DNA from: Mobula hypostoma
Taxonomy: Eukaryota
DNA length: 64,000 nucleotides
Reading direction: 5' to 3'
NCBI RefSeq assembly: GCF_963921235.1
Contig: NC_086108.1
Location: forward strand, 49,106,001 to 49,170,000
Made by a program: the position numbers and the translations under genes. This document shows, piece after piece, positions 14,042-26,790 of this stretch (the stretch's first letter is position 1; each line of letters opens with the position of its first letter). The notes under the pieces were generated by a model. The model worked only from the letters and a program-made list of their open reading frames with translations. It was not told the DNA's origin and searched no databases.

Positions 14042-14920
14042 GAAGATGTTACTAGTGAACAATGCTACCAAAGGTGACATCATCAAGACAGTTCACGAAG
14101 CAACTCCTTCTACTTCTTTTTATTTCAAATGTGGTTCTGCTAATGTTGGAGCCTCTTATCTACATTCTGGTGGTGTTTTCTGGCCCTTTGCTGTCTCTGA
14201 GAAGGTTCCATGAGGCTATGAGCAAAGCATGCGGCATGAAGGCCAGGAAGCCAGGAGACAGGGCGTGAGCCCATGATCGATTCCATCTCTCGCCAATTAA
14301 AGCACCAAAGAAGATTGAAATCATTGAGGTACACATGGAGGGCGAGCGAGTGTTTAGCACCATCTACTAGACTCTTACTCGCTGCTGCTGGAGGTGTCTG
14401 CATGTGGCAGTCTGTGTGTGTGTGTCTGTCTGTCTGTCTCTCTCACTCTCACTCTCCCACTCTCCCACTCTCAGTTGCTCCTCTCAAGGGAAGGGCACTG
14501 TGTTCGAGTGAGCTCTCTCTCCCTCGATGCTGTTGGAGGATGGTGCTGGAGCAAGATTTAATTGCTGCAGTTTGTAGATTTAGATTCTAATTCACATTTA
14601 TGTGTTCTAGTTCTGGTCGCTTCTTTTTTTTGTTGCTACTTTCTGAGCAATTTTTTTGAATCAGACAGCCTTCAGATAACGATCACTGAGCTGAATTGAA
14701 ATATGCCTCTTGATTGTGTGCTTTATATTGTGTTTTTGCTCAGTTTTTTTTGTTAGTTTGCATGATTTTTCTGTGTGCAGTGGGAAGGAGTTAGATGTTT
14801 TTCTTTGAACATGGCTGGTTGCATAGCTCTTTGTTTCATGGCTGTCTGTGGAGAAGATGAATTTCAGGGTTGTATGCTGCATAAATACTTTAATAATAAA
14901 TGTACTTAGTATCTTTGAAG
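14042..14920 (+). mobile_element. Non-coding element ending in the Rex1-type 3' tail
   Basis: No RT remnants and an internal (TG)n(TC)n run. Ends GAAGATGAATTTCAGGGTTGTAT...ACTTTAATAATAAATGTACTT like the LINE tails elsewhere in the window. Confidence 0.5.
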
Positions 14921-14989
14921 GCTATACTCTTGTTTCAGACTTCTCTACAATGGGAAAATGACTGTGACTATCTAAATGGTCTCTGCCCC

Positions 14990-15920
14990 TCACGATTTTA
15001 TAAATATTTTCATCAATTCTCAGTCTCCTTTTCTCCAGGGAAAACAGTTCCAGTTTATCCAGTCTCTCCTTGGTGCTCTGATCTTAGCAGCATTCTTGTT
15101 CAACTTTTCTACACACACTCTAGCTTAATCATATCCTTCCTGTAGCATGGCAACCACACTGCACTCATTATTTCAGGTATGGTCTCATCAATGCCTTGTA
15201 CAGCTGTAACACGATGGCCCAACACCAGTACAAAGTGCCCCAACAAATGAAGACAAGCATACTGTATACCTCCTTCATCACTATGTTTATCTGTGTTGTC
15301 TCTTTCTGGGAACTATGCCCTGTCATTTACAGTGCATGTCCTGACCTGGTTTAACTTCCAAAATGCATCACTTTCAATTGTCCGAGGTAAATTTCATTTG
15401 TCATTTCTTTGCTTAGTTTTCTAATTGATAAAAATCCTGGTGCAACCTGAGACAATTTTCTCTAGCATCCAATATCCCACTAATTTTGGTGTCATCTGCA
15501 AAGTTACTAAGTCTTAGATTTGAGTTATGCTATAACAAGCCCTTCAGCCCAACTCATCCTTGGCAACCAAAAGGCCCATCTAAGATTTCCATTTCCCTCA
15601 TTTGACCCATATCCCTTTAAAACATTTCCGGCCATTAAACACTTCCTCTGGCAGTTCAGTCTATATGTATAACACCCTCTATGAGGAAAAGTTGCACCTC
15701 ACGTTCCTATTAAATCTTTCCCCACTTACCTTAAACCTATGTTCTTGAGTTTTGATTTCTCCAACTTTAGGAAGAAGATGTACATTCATCCGAACTACAC
15801 TCTTTATCCCTAGTCTCTCATCCCTCAGTCTCTTATTCTCCAAGGAATTAAATACTAGCCTGCCTAACCTATTCCCTATAACCCGGTCCTTTGAGCCCTG
15901 GCAACATACTCCTAAATCTT
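14990..15920 (-). mobile_element. Decayed CR1 fragments
   Basis: SLENKRLR...KTQEHRFKVSGERFNRNVRCNF and FADDTKI-like remnants. Confidence 0.65.
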
Positions 15921-16454
15921 CTTCAAAGTTCAAAGTAAATTTATTATCAAAATATATACAGTATGTGTTACTATAGACTACCTTGAGATTCATTTTCTTG
16001 CAAGCAATCACAGTAAATACAAGAAACACAATGGAATCATCACTGAACAGTGCTACATGAACTATTCCTATAACTCATTTTCATGGACTCTTCATCTCAT
16101 AGTCTTGATATTTACTGCTTATCATTTCTTAATTTTTATCATAGCATCTGCAGAAGAGAGTAAACAGTCAAAGTTTCAGACCGACACCCTTCATTCTCCA
16201 GTCCTAATGAAGGGTCTCGCCTGAAATGTCTACTGTTTACTCTTTTCCATAGATGTTGCCAGGCCTGCCAAGTTCCTCAAGCATTTTGCGTGCGTTGCTT
16301 GGATTTCCAGCATCTGCAGATTTTCTCTTGTTTGTAACAGTACCAGCGACCCTTGTTCAGGTCGTGCCACTGAACTCCTCCAGATGCTCTGGTTTCCCTC
16401 CATAGTCCAAAGACATACTGGTTGGTAGATTAATTGGTCTTTGTAAATTGCCCC

Positions 16455-17765
16455 GTGTTTCAGCTATCCACCTCCATATTCTTCGATCTCGCGTTCTTTT
16501 TCTGGCCTCAGCATAACTCACCCCAGTCCATTGCCTCACATTATCGTACCAAGTGGTTCGCTGCCTTCCTCTTTCCCTCTTTCCTTCTATCATCCCTTCC
16601 AATAACAATTTCTGCAGTCCACCACCTCTTAACAAGTGCCCGGCATATTCTAGCCTCCTTTTCTGCACATTCTTCAGCAACTCCTTTTCTCTCCTCGCTT
16701 TCTTCAACACTTCCATATTACTGACCTTCATCACTCATCTAATTTTCTGCATTCTCCTTAAACACCATATTTCAAATACCTCCAGTGGTCGTTGCGCTTC
16801 CTTGCATAAGGTCCACGATTCGACTCCATACAACAGACTGCTCCAGACGTAGCATTTCCAATTCTACAACACAGCCCAAAGTCCAACCTCTAGCCACACA
16901 GTACGTCACTCAGGCTCCAGAATGTTGATCTTGCAATCTCAATTCTTCGTCTAATTTCTGTATCACATTTCCCATCCTCTGTGACCATCTGTCCCAAGTA
17001 CACAAACTTCTTGACTTGCTCTATGCCTACGCCGTTAATTTTGATACTGATTTTGGGGACTTCTCTCTTCCATAATACTACCATCATCTTCGTCTTTGCA
17101 GCATTTATTTTCATTCCAAATTGTTCTCCTTCAGCATTTATCTTATCTACTATTCTGAGTAACTCGTCCTCAGTCTCAGCTAACAACACTGAATCCTCTG
17201 CATACCTCAAGTTGTTCACCGTCACTCCACCAATTTGGATACCAGCTTCATCGTTCAACACCCTGAAGATTACCTCTGAGTACATGTTAAATAATAAAGG
17301 GGAGATAATGCAGCCCTGGTGAACCCCTTTTTGGATCTCAACTTCCAGTGAATTCCCACCACTAGTTCTTATTACTGCCTTTTGATGCCAGTACAGACTT
17401 GTAATCAGTCAAACATCTTTCCCTTCCAGCCCCAATGAGTTCAGGCAATTGACCAGCTGTTCATGATTGACTCGATCAAAAGCTTTTTCGTAATCCAGGA
17501 AGCACATGTAAATGTCTTTTTTTTTTCTAGATCTCATTCCACAATCATTCGCAAATTGAAAATCCCTCCACGGGTACCCTTACCCGGTATAAATCCGCTC
17601 TGGCACTCATTAAGAACTGTCCTTTTTATTCTGCTTAGAAGTATTAATAACAAGATCTTGGAGGCATGACTTATAAGACTTAATGCTAAAGTTTCAGCAA
17701 TTCATGACAAACTCTGACACTACAAAATTTGTTGGCCACTTTCCTGTTGAGTAGATTGTATTGCA
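16455..17765 (-). mobile_element. RTE-clade LINE fragment (RT and C-terminus)
   Basis: QGCIISPLLFNMYSEVIF...VNNLRYAED...KINAAKTKMMV...FVYLGQMVTEDGKCDTEIRRRIEIAR and RRLEYAGHLLR...EGMIEGKRERGRQRTTW. Confidence 0.85.
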
Positions 17766-18109
17766 AAATAAAAAATACTCAATAAATTGAAGAATCCTTG
17801 AAAATGAGTTCATAGGTTCTGGGAACAGTTCAATAATGGGGTGAAGAGGCAATTCAAGAGCCTGCTAGTTGAGAGATAATAACGGTTCCTGAACCTGGAG
17901 GTATTGGTCCTGAGGTTCCTGTGCCTTCTCCCTGATGGCAGCAGTGAGAAGCGAGCTTAACCTGAATGAAGGGAGTTCTTGATGATGGTTGATGCTTTCT
18001 TGCAACAGTGCTCTGTATAGGTGTGCTCAATGGTAGGGAGAGTTTTATCTGTGATGGGTCATATTCACTACTTTTTACCGGGCTTTCTGTTCAAGGGCAA
18101 CATTTGAAC

Positions 18110-19035
18110 ATCCTCATTAATCCTTTTCTGCTCTCCTTCCAGTTTAATGGCAGGGTGACTGAAACTGAACACCATACACCAAGTGATAGCTCATCAACAT
18201 CTAATTCAACTGCAACATAACAACTCAATATCCCCTCTCAATGCCTTGATTGATAAAGGCCAGTATACCAGAAGTCTTCTTCACTGCCCTGTTTACCCGT
18301 GACATCACCTTCAAGGAACAACATACTTGTATTCCTCCGTTCCTCAGTTTGACAACATTCTACACATTCACTGAACGTCGTACCCTAATTTGACTTCCCA
18401 AAATGCAACACATTGCACTTAGCTGTATTAAACTCATTTGCTGATCCTTAGCCCACTTACCCAGCTAAAGTACCATAAATCCCACTAGAATTGTTGATAA
18501 CATTCATTGTCTGTGATAGCACATATTTGGTGTTATGTACATAATACTAACCAAGGCTAGAATATACTAACTAATTAATCCTTGTACATTCTTGTACATA
18601 TTGTTGATATAAATAACAATGGGCTCAGCACCAATCCCTTAGGCATACCATCAGTCACAAGCCTCCAGCCTTGAAAAGAGTCCTCCAGCAGCATCCTTTG
18701 CTCTCTGTTATTAAGTCAATTCTGTATCCTGGGTCCCATGTGATCCAGCCTTCCCGATCAGCCTACAATGCAGAATCTTATAAAAGGCTTTGCTAACATC
18801 CCTATAGGCAGTGTCAATTGTCCTACCCAATTTATCTTCATGGTTTCTTGCTGGAAAAACTCAAATTTGAGGGTCATGATCTCCCTTGCAGTGCTGACTA
18901 TCATCCCATCTGCCCCCTATGTAACCTATCTATCAACATTCGGCTTACTGGTCTATAGTTCACAGGATTTTTTTGCAGCCCCTTCTTAAGATAAGGCACA
19001 ACATTAGCCAGCCTCCAGTCTTCCATCACTTCACA
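18110..19035 (-). mobile_element. Decayed CR1 RT region
   Basis: Degenerate nucleotide similarity to the RT region of the 39770-43055 CR1. Confidence 0.55.
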
Positions 19036-19069
19036 CATCACTGATAATGATTAACACAATGAATGAAAA

Positions 19070-19300
19070 CACAAAAGATTCTGCAGATGCTGGAAATCCA
19101 GAGCAACACACAAAATGCTGGAGGAACTCAGCATGTCAGGCAGCATCTATGAAAATAAATAAATAACCTGTTTCAGGCCGAGGCCCTTCATTAGTACTGG
19201 AAAGGAAGGAGGAAGATGGCAGAATATAAAGGTGGAGTGAGGGGAAAGAGAACAAGCTAGAAGGTGATAGGTGAAGCCAGATGGGTGGGAAAGGTGGGAT
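19070..19300 (-). mobile_element. Penelope-like terminal fragment (degenerate hammerhead)
   Basis: Minus strand CCAGTACTAATGAAGGGCCTCGGCCTGAAAC followed by GATGCTGCCTGAC...CCAGCATCTGCAGA. Confidence 0.7.
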
Positions 19301-20314
19301 TTGCCTTGATTCACAGATTCAAGATTCAAAGTACATTTATTATCAAAATATGTATGCAAATATACAACCAAGATTAGTCTTCCCATAGACGGCCACAAAA
19401 AAGAAAACCATGGAACCCGTTCAAAGAAAAACATCAACACCGTCCCCCATGCACAAATAAAAACGAATCACACAAAAGGCAAGAATTGAGTGAAAAACAC
19501 AGAATATAAAACATAAACCCACAAAATCATTGAGGCAGTCTAGAAATGTTCAGTTTAGTTCAATTCTTGAACAGAAAATCCTGCAAAAAAAATACGCAGT
19601 CCATCACAAGTAAAGCTCTCTCTGCCATTAATCATATCTACACAGAATGTTTGTTGCAGGAAAGCAGTTTAAATCATTGGGTACCCCACCACCCAAGTCA
19701 CGCTTTCTTCTCGCTGCTGCCTTCAGGAACTAAATCGACTCATACCACCAGGTTCAGGGTCAGATATTACCCCCAACCATCAGGGTCCTGAACCACAGGA
19801 GATAACTTCACTCGCCCCATCACTGAACTGTTCCCATAACCTATGGTCTCATTTTCAAGGATGCTTCATCTAATGTTTTCTATATTTATTGCTGATTTCT
19901 TTTTTATTATTATTTCCTTTTTTTTGGATTTGCAGCTTGCTGTCTTTTGAATCCTGGTTGTCCACCCTGTTGCGTGGTCTTTCATTGATTCTATTATGGT
20001 TGCTGGATTTATGGAGTATGCCCACAAAAAATGAACCTCAGGGTTGTATGTAGTGATATACAGTACAAGTATTTTGATAATAAGTTTACTTTGAACTTTG
20101 AAAGATTAAGGGCTGGAGAAGAAGGAGAAAGAAGAGCTTTCTGCAGGGATTGCTCCCTTTATGATTCCCTTCTACATTCATCCATCCTCACTAATCTCCC
20201 TCCTGGCATGTATCCCTATAAGTGAGATTCATTCCTCCCTCAACTCCATTCAGGGCCCCAAAAAGTCCTTCCAGGTGAGGCAACATTTCACGTGTAAATT
20301 TTTTTGGGGTCTAT

Positions 20315-21630
20315 TGTACCTGGAGGCATATGACAAGACAGGCAGAACTCAGCAAGGATTCCTTAAAGGAAAATCCTGCCTGACAAACCTATTACAATTT
20401 TTTGAAGAAATTACAAGTAGGCTAGACAAGGGAGATGCAGTGGATGTTGTATATTTGGATTTTCAGAAGGCCTTTGACAAGGTGCCACACATGAGGCTAC
20501 TTAACAAGATAAGAGCCTATGGAATTACGGGAAAGTTACATACGTGGATAGAGCATTGGCTGATTGGCAGGAAACAGAGTGGGAATAAAGGGATCCTATT
20601 CTGGTTGGCTGCCAGTTACCAGCGGTGTTCCACAGGGGTCCAAGTTGGGGCCGCTTCTTTTTACATTGTACATCAACGATTTGGATTATGGAATAGATGG
20701 CTTTGTGGCTAAGTTTGCTGATGATACGAAGATAGGTGGATGGGCTGATAGTGCTGAGGAAACAGAGAGACTTGGATAGGTTGGAAGAATGGGCAAAGTG
20801 GCAAATTAAATACAATGTTGGAAAGTGTATGGTTATGCACTTTGGCAGAAGAAATAAACGGGCAGACTATTACTTAAATGGGGAGAGAATTCAAAGTTCT
20901 GAGATGCAACGGGACTTGGGAGTCCTTGTACAGGATAAACTTAAGGTTAACCTCCAGGTTGAGTCTGCGGTGAAGAAGGCGAATGCAATGTTGGCATTCA
21001 TTTCTAGAGGAATAGAGTATAGGAGCAGGGATGTGATGTTGAGGCTCTATAAGGCGCTGGTGAGACCTCACTTGGTGTACTGTGGGCAGTTTTGGTCTCC
21101 TTATTTAAGAAAGGATGTGCTGACATTGGACAGGGTACAGAGAAGGTTCACTAGAATGATTCTGGGAATGAGAGGGTTAACATATGAGCAACGTTTGTCC
21201 GCTCTTGGACTGTATTCCTTGGAGTTTAGAAGAATGAGGGGAGACCTCAGAAACATTTTGAATGTTGAAAGGCATGGACAGAGTGGACGTGGCAAAGTTG
21301 TTTCCCATGATGGGGGAGTCTAGTACGAGAGGGCATGACTTAAGGATTGAAAGGCGCCCATTCAGAACAGAGATGCGAAGAAATTTTTTTATCCAGAGGG
21401 TGGTGAATCTATGGAATTTGTTGCCATGGGCAGCAGTGGAGGCCAAGTCATTGGGTGTATTTAAGGCAGAGATTGATAGGTATGTGAGTAGTCAGGGCAT
21501 CAAAGGCTATGGTGAGAAGGCTGGGGAGTGGGACTAAATGGGAGAATGAATCAGCTCATGATAAAATGGCGGTGCAGACTCGATGGGCTGAATGGCCGAC
21601 TTCTGCTACTTTGTCTTATGATCTTATGGT
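20315..21630 (+). mobile_element. Young 5'-truncated CR1 (RT to 3' tail)
   Basis: QGFLKGKSCLTNLLQFF...YLDFQKAFDKVPH...KFADDTKIG...LVRPHL. Ends in (TCTTATG)n-type repeats. Closely similar to the reverse complement of 39770-40391. Confidence 0.92.
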
Positions 21631-22697
21631 ATCTTCTTTTCTATTACTGGCTAGCTTACTTTCATATTCCATCTTTACTGTCTTAATGACTTTTTAGTTG
21701 CCTTCTGTTGGTTTTTAAAAACTTCCAATTCTCTAATTTCCCACTAATTTTTGCTCTATTATATGTCCTCTCTTTGGCCTTCATGTTGGCTTTGACTTCC
21801 CGTTAGCCATGGTTGTACCATTTAGCTTTAAGAATACTTCTGCCTCTTTGGGATGTATATATCCTGTGCCTTCCAAATTGCATCCAGAAATTCCAGCCAT
21901 TACTGTCTGCCATCATCTCTGCCATCTTTTCCAATCAATTCTGGCCAACTCCTCTCTCTTGCCTCTATAATTTCCTTTACTCTACTCTGATTTTAGCTTC
22001 CCCTTCTCAAATTTCAGGGTGAATTCCATGTCCATAATACATAGGAGCAGAATTAGGCCATTCAGCCCATCGAGTCTGCTCCATCATTCTGATCCTGGGC
22101 ATACACCTACCTTCTCGCCATATCATTTGATGCCCTGTCTGATCAGGAAACTATAAATATACCCACAGACGTGGCCTCCACCATAGTTTGTGGCACAGCA
22201 TTCCACAGATTCACTACTCTCTGGCTAAAAAAAATTCCTCCTTACCTCTGTTCTAAAGGGTTGCCCCTCAATTTTGAGGCTGTGCCCTCTAGTTCTGGAT
22301 ATCCCTACCACAGGAAACATCCTCTCCACATCGACCCTATCTTTCCCACTCCCTGTTTCCTGCCAATCAGCCAACACTCCATCCACGTACGTAACTTTCC
22401 TGTAATTCCTGTAAGGATTCCATGGGCTCTTATCTTGTTAAGTAGCCTCATGTGTGGCACCTTGTCAAAGGCCTTCTGAAAATCCAAATATACAACATCC
22501 ACTGCATCTCCCTTGTCTAGCCTACTTGTAATTTCTTCAAAAAATTGTAATAGGTTTGTCAGGCAGGATTTTCCTTTAAGGAATCCATGCTGAGTTCTGC
22601 CTATCTTGTCATATGCCTCCAGGTACTCTGTAACCTCATCCTTGACAATCGACTCCAACAACTTCCCAACCACGGATGTCAAGCTAACAGGTCTATA
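21630..22697 (-). mobile_element. Cluster of CR1 fragments including a young RT piece at 22345-22697
   Basis: 22345-22697 is nearly identical to 40123-40463 (YRPVSLTSVVGKLLES...AFDKVPH). 22035-22340 is a CR1 3' end. Confidence 0.8.
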
Positions 22698-22847
22698 AAA
22701 CAGTACACAATATGCGATTAAACGATTGAGCTTTATAATTCTTAATTTGATTATATGGTTAGTAAAGAAAACAAAAAAGACAAAGGAGCATACATCAAAG
22801 TTGCTGGTGAACGCAGCAGGCCAAGCAGCATCTATAGGAAGAGGTGC

Positions 22848-22883
22848 AGTCGACGTTTCAGGCAGAGACCCTTCGTCAGGACT
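22848..22883 (-). ncRNA. Minimal type I hammerhead ribozyme motif (Penelope-associated)
   Basis: AGUC-CUGACGA-AGGGUCUCUGCCU-GAAA-CGUC-GACU: intact core boxes, stem I AGUC/GACU, palindromic ACGU in place of stem III. Confidence 0.7.
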
Positions 22884-23179
22884 AACTAAAGGAAGAGTGA
22901 GTAAGGGATTTGAAAGTTGGAGGGGGAGGGGGAGATCCAAAATGATAGGAGAAGACAGGAGGGGGAGGGATAGAGCCGAGAGCTGGACAGGTGATAGGCA
23001 AAAGGGGATACGAGAGGATCATGGGACAGGAGGTCCGGGAAGAAAGACAAGGGGGGGGTGTGACCCAGAGGATGGGTAAGAGGTATATTCAGAGGGACAG
23101 AGGGAGAAAAAGGAGAGTGAGAGAAAGAATGTGTGCATAAAAATGAGTAACAGATGGGGTACGAGGGGGAGGTGGGGCC

Positions 23180-23920
23180 TTAGCGGAAGTTAGAGAAGTC
23201 GATGTTCATGCCATCAGGTTGGAGGCTACCCAGACGGAATATAAGGTGTTGTTCCTCCAGCCTGAGTGTGGCTTCATCTTTACAGTAGAGGAGGCCGTGG
23301 ATAGACATGTCAGAATGGGAATGGGATGTGGAATTAAAATGTGTGGCCACTGGGAGATCCTGCTTTCTCTGGCGGACAGAGCGTAGATGTTCAGCAAAGC
23401 GGTCTCCCAGTCTGCATCGGGTCTCACCGATATATAAAAGGCCACAACGGGAGCACCGGACGCAGTATATCACCCCAGTCGACTCACAGGTGAAGTGATG
23501 CCTCACCTGGAAGGACTGTTTGGGGCCCTGAATGGTGGTAAGGGAGGAAGTGTAAGGGCATGTGTAGCACTTGTTCCGCTTACACGGATAAGTGCCAGGA
23601 GGGAGATCAGTGGGGAGGGATGGGGGGACGAATGGACAAGGGAGTTGTGTAGGGAGCGATCCCTGCGGAATGCAGAGGGGAGGGGATGGAAAGATGTGCT
23701 TAGTGGTGGGATCCCATTGGAGGTGGCGGAAGTTACGGAGAATAATATGTTGGACCCGGAGGCTGGTGGGGTGGTAGGTGAGGACCAGGGGAACCCTATT
23801 CCTAGTGGGATGGTGGGAGGATGGAGTGAGAGCAGATGTACGTGAAATGGGGGAGATGCGTTTAAGAGCAGAGTTGATAGTGGAGGAAGGGAAGCCCCTT
23901 TCTTTAAAAAAGGAAGACAT
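23180..23920 (-). pseudogene. Penelope GIY-YIG endonuclease ORF remnant
   Basis: CKRNKCYTC, FTCESTGVIYCVRCSRCGLLYIGETRCRLGDRFAEH, VATHFN and LQPDGMN. Confidence 0.9.
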
Positions 23921-24479
23921 CTCCCTCGTCCTAGAATGAAAAGCCTCATCCTGAGAGCAGATGCGGCGGAGACGGAGGAATTGCGAGAAGGGGATGGCGT
24001 TTTTGCAAGAGACAGCTCCAGTTCCTTATTACATTAGCTCAGTACACCTGGTGCATGTGTTTATCCAGGAAACCTCCAGTCTCCTGGACTTCCCACATCC
24101 AGTACAAAATACTGTCCTTGGAGCCATTCTCACTAAACTATGCACTAATAGATGAGGAATGAACAAATAAGAATACAGATAAGAGTAACTTAAAAGACAA
24201 CGTACCTCATCCAAGCCTGATCTCATTTAAGTCTGATGAGCCAAAGCCACTCTAAAGACTAGCAAACTCACAAGATCGCCACTCTGCTTGCACTTGAATT
24301 ATTCTTATTGGCTCTTTCTAAAGAATCCCTTTTGCTGATTGGTCACTCCTCAAATCAGTAAAAATGCTATTAAACTCCACTTTTGAAATCTCATTTGCCA
24401 CCCTGATTAAAGTAGATCTTTTCATGCACCACTGGTGTGGATTGTCCAACTCATACTACTTGCATTCTCATGTTACCTC

Positions 24480-26790
24480 AGAAGGCAAATGCAATGTTGA
24501 CATTTATTTCAAAGGGAATAGAATATGAAAACAAAAAGATAATACTGAGGCTCTATAAGACATTAGTCAGGCCGCACTTGGAGTACTGCCGACAGTTTTG
24601 GACCCCAGATCTCAAAAGGGACGTGTTGTCATATAAGAGCCCAGAGGAGGTTCACAAGGATGATTCCAGGAATGAAGGGGTTTGCATATAAGGACCATGT
24701 GGCAGTTTTGGGCCTGTACTCACTGGAATTTAGAAGAATGTGGGGGGGATCTCACTGAAACCTACCGAAAGTTGAAAGGACTGGATACGGTGGGTGTGGG
24801 GAGGATGGTATGGTGGGGGTATCCAGAACTAGAGGGCACAGCCTCTAAATTGAGGGGCAACCTTTTAGAACAGAGCTAAGGAGGTTTTTTTTTAGCCAGA
24901 GAGTAGCGAATCTGTGGTATGATCTGTCACAGACTGCGGTAGATGCCAAGTCCGTGGGTATATATAAAGTGAGAGTTGATAGTTTCCTGATTGGTCAGGA
25001 CATCGAATGATATGGCAAGAAGGCAGGTGTATGGGATTGAGTGGGATCTGGGATCAGCCACGATGGAATTGCGGAGCAGACTCGATGGGCTGAATAGCTT
25101 AATTCTGCTCATTTGTCTTATGGTCTTCTACCACCTATACCTAATCCATTCTGCCCTTGTTAATCATTTCAGTCACCTGTTAAAAAAAAACTTGACCAAT
25201 TTTGAAAGTCATGATTTCCCACAGACAAAACCATAACATTTCAAAATAGTTATTGCAAGTGTAGATAGATCCTGTCTGTCAGAATCCCTTTCAGTAGTTT
25301 TCTACCACTAATGTTAGGCATACCATACTGTGGTTCTCTTGTTTGAAGTAAAGTCACAACATTAGTCACTTTCTTGTCTTCTGGTACAAAGATATAAGAA
25401 TCTGCAAAGGTCACACCAATTTCTTCCTTTACTTCCCACAGAATCATAGATTACACCTGGTCAGAGCCTAGGGATTTAACTACATTTGTACACAAGACTG
25501 CCAACACTTCTTCTATAATATGTTTCAAGACATCACTGCTCTCTTCTTTGAAATCAGTAGTTTCCATGTCCTTCTCCACAGTAAATACAGAAAAAAATTA
25601 TTCATTTAAGACCTCGCCCATCTCCCTTGGCTCCACACATAGATGACATTAATCCTTAAGGAGACTTACTCTCTCCCCAGCTACAATTTGCTCTTAAAAT
25701 ACTTATAGAATCATTCAGGGTTTTCCCATACTTTATCTACCAGGGATACCTCATGTTCCCTTTTTGCCCTTCTATGTTTCTTCTCAAGTATACTCCTATA
25801 ATTCAAAAAAACTCACCTGATCCAAGCTGCCTATACCTGACATATGCCCAAGTATTGTGTTCAATTCTGGTCACCCAGCTATAGACAAGATTTTATTAAG
25901 CTAGAAAGAGCACAGAAAAGATGTATAATGATGTTGCCAAGACTCAGGAGAGTTATAGAGAGAGGTTGGACAAGGTAGGAGTGATTATCTTGAGGTCCGG
26001 GAGACTGGGAGGTGATCTTGTAGAGGTATATAAAATCAAGAGGACAATAAATAGGTTAAATACAGTCATTTTTTTTTTAAATCAGAGTTGGGGAAAGAGT
26101 TAGTAGGAATCTAAGGGGCAACACTTTTTTTTTTAAATACAGAAAGTGATATGTATATAGAATGATCTGCAGAGGAAGTGGTTGAGGAAGGTACGATAAC
26201 AACCTTTGCAAGACAGTTAAGACAAGTACATGGATAAGAAAGGTTTGCAAGGATATGGACCAAACCTAGATGAATGAGCCTAGTTAGAATAGACACCTTT
26301 CAGTGTAGATCAGTTGGGCTGAGGGGCCTATTTCTGCATCGTATGAAGCTTTGTGCCTCCTCTTTACTTGAACAAAGCTCAGAAGTTTCCTTAATCTTGC
26401 CAGCCTTGCCCTTCATTTGAATTATCCCCATCTCACTTTTAAAAACATCCCACATGCCAGAGGTCCCTTTTCCTCCTAACAGTCTCTTACAATCAATCCT
26501 TTTAATTTCCTGTCTAATACCATCAAAATTAGCCTTCCTCCAATTTAGGACATTAACTTGTAGACCAGTTCTCTTTCCACAAATGCTTAAAATTAATAAA
26601 ATTGTGGTTACTAGTCCCAAAGTACTCCCCCACTAACACATCAGCCACTTGCCCAGCCTCAATTCTTAAGAGGAAATCAAATATTCTCCAGTAGGTCCTT
26701 CTACATGTTGCTTTCAGAAGGATTTCCTCAACACAGATAACAAATGCTGCCAATCTAATTCCTTTGCACCCTAGCAGTCCAGGTCCCATA
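24480..26790. mobile_element. Nested decayed CR1 fragments on both strands
   Basis: KANAMLTFISKGIEY...LVRPHLEYC (+, 24480-25125). A minus copy 25130-26790 (LNWRKANFDGIRQE) is interrupted by a plus 3' fragment at ~25850-26350. Confidence 0.7.

Larger units (their letters stand above)
22789..24015 (-). mobile_element. 5'-truncated Penelope-like retroelement
   Basis: RT-thumb end (SCKNAIPFSQFLRLRRICS), linker, GIY-YIG endonuclease, pyrimidine-rich 3' region and hammerhead motif. Confidence 0.92.

Noticed and set aside
22305..22940. 211-aa ORF as a chimeric gene
   Set aside because: Chance read-through of a Penelope UTR, a short unknown AT-rich piece and a CR1 RT fragment.
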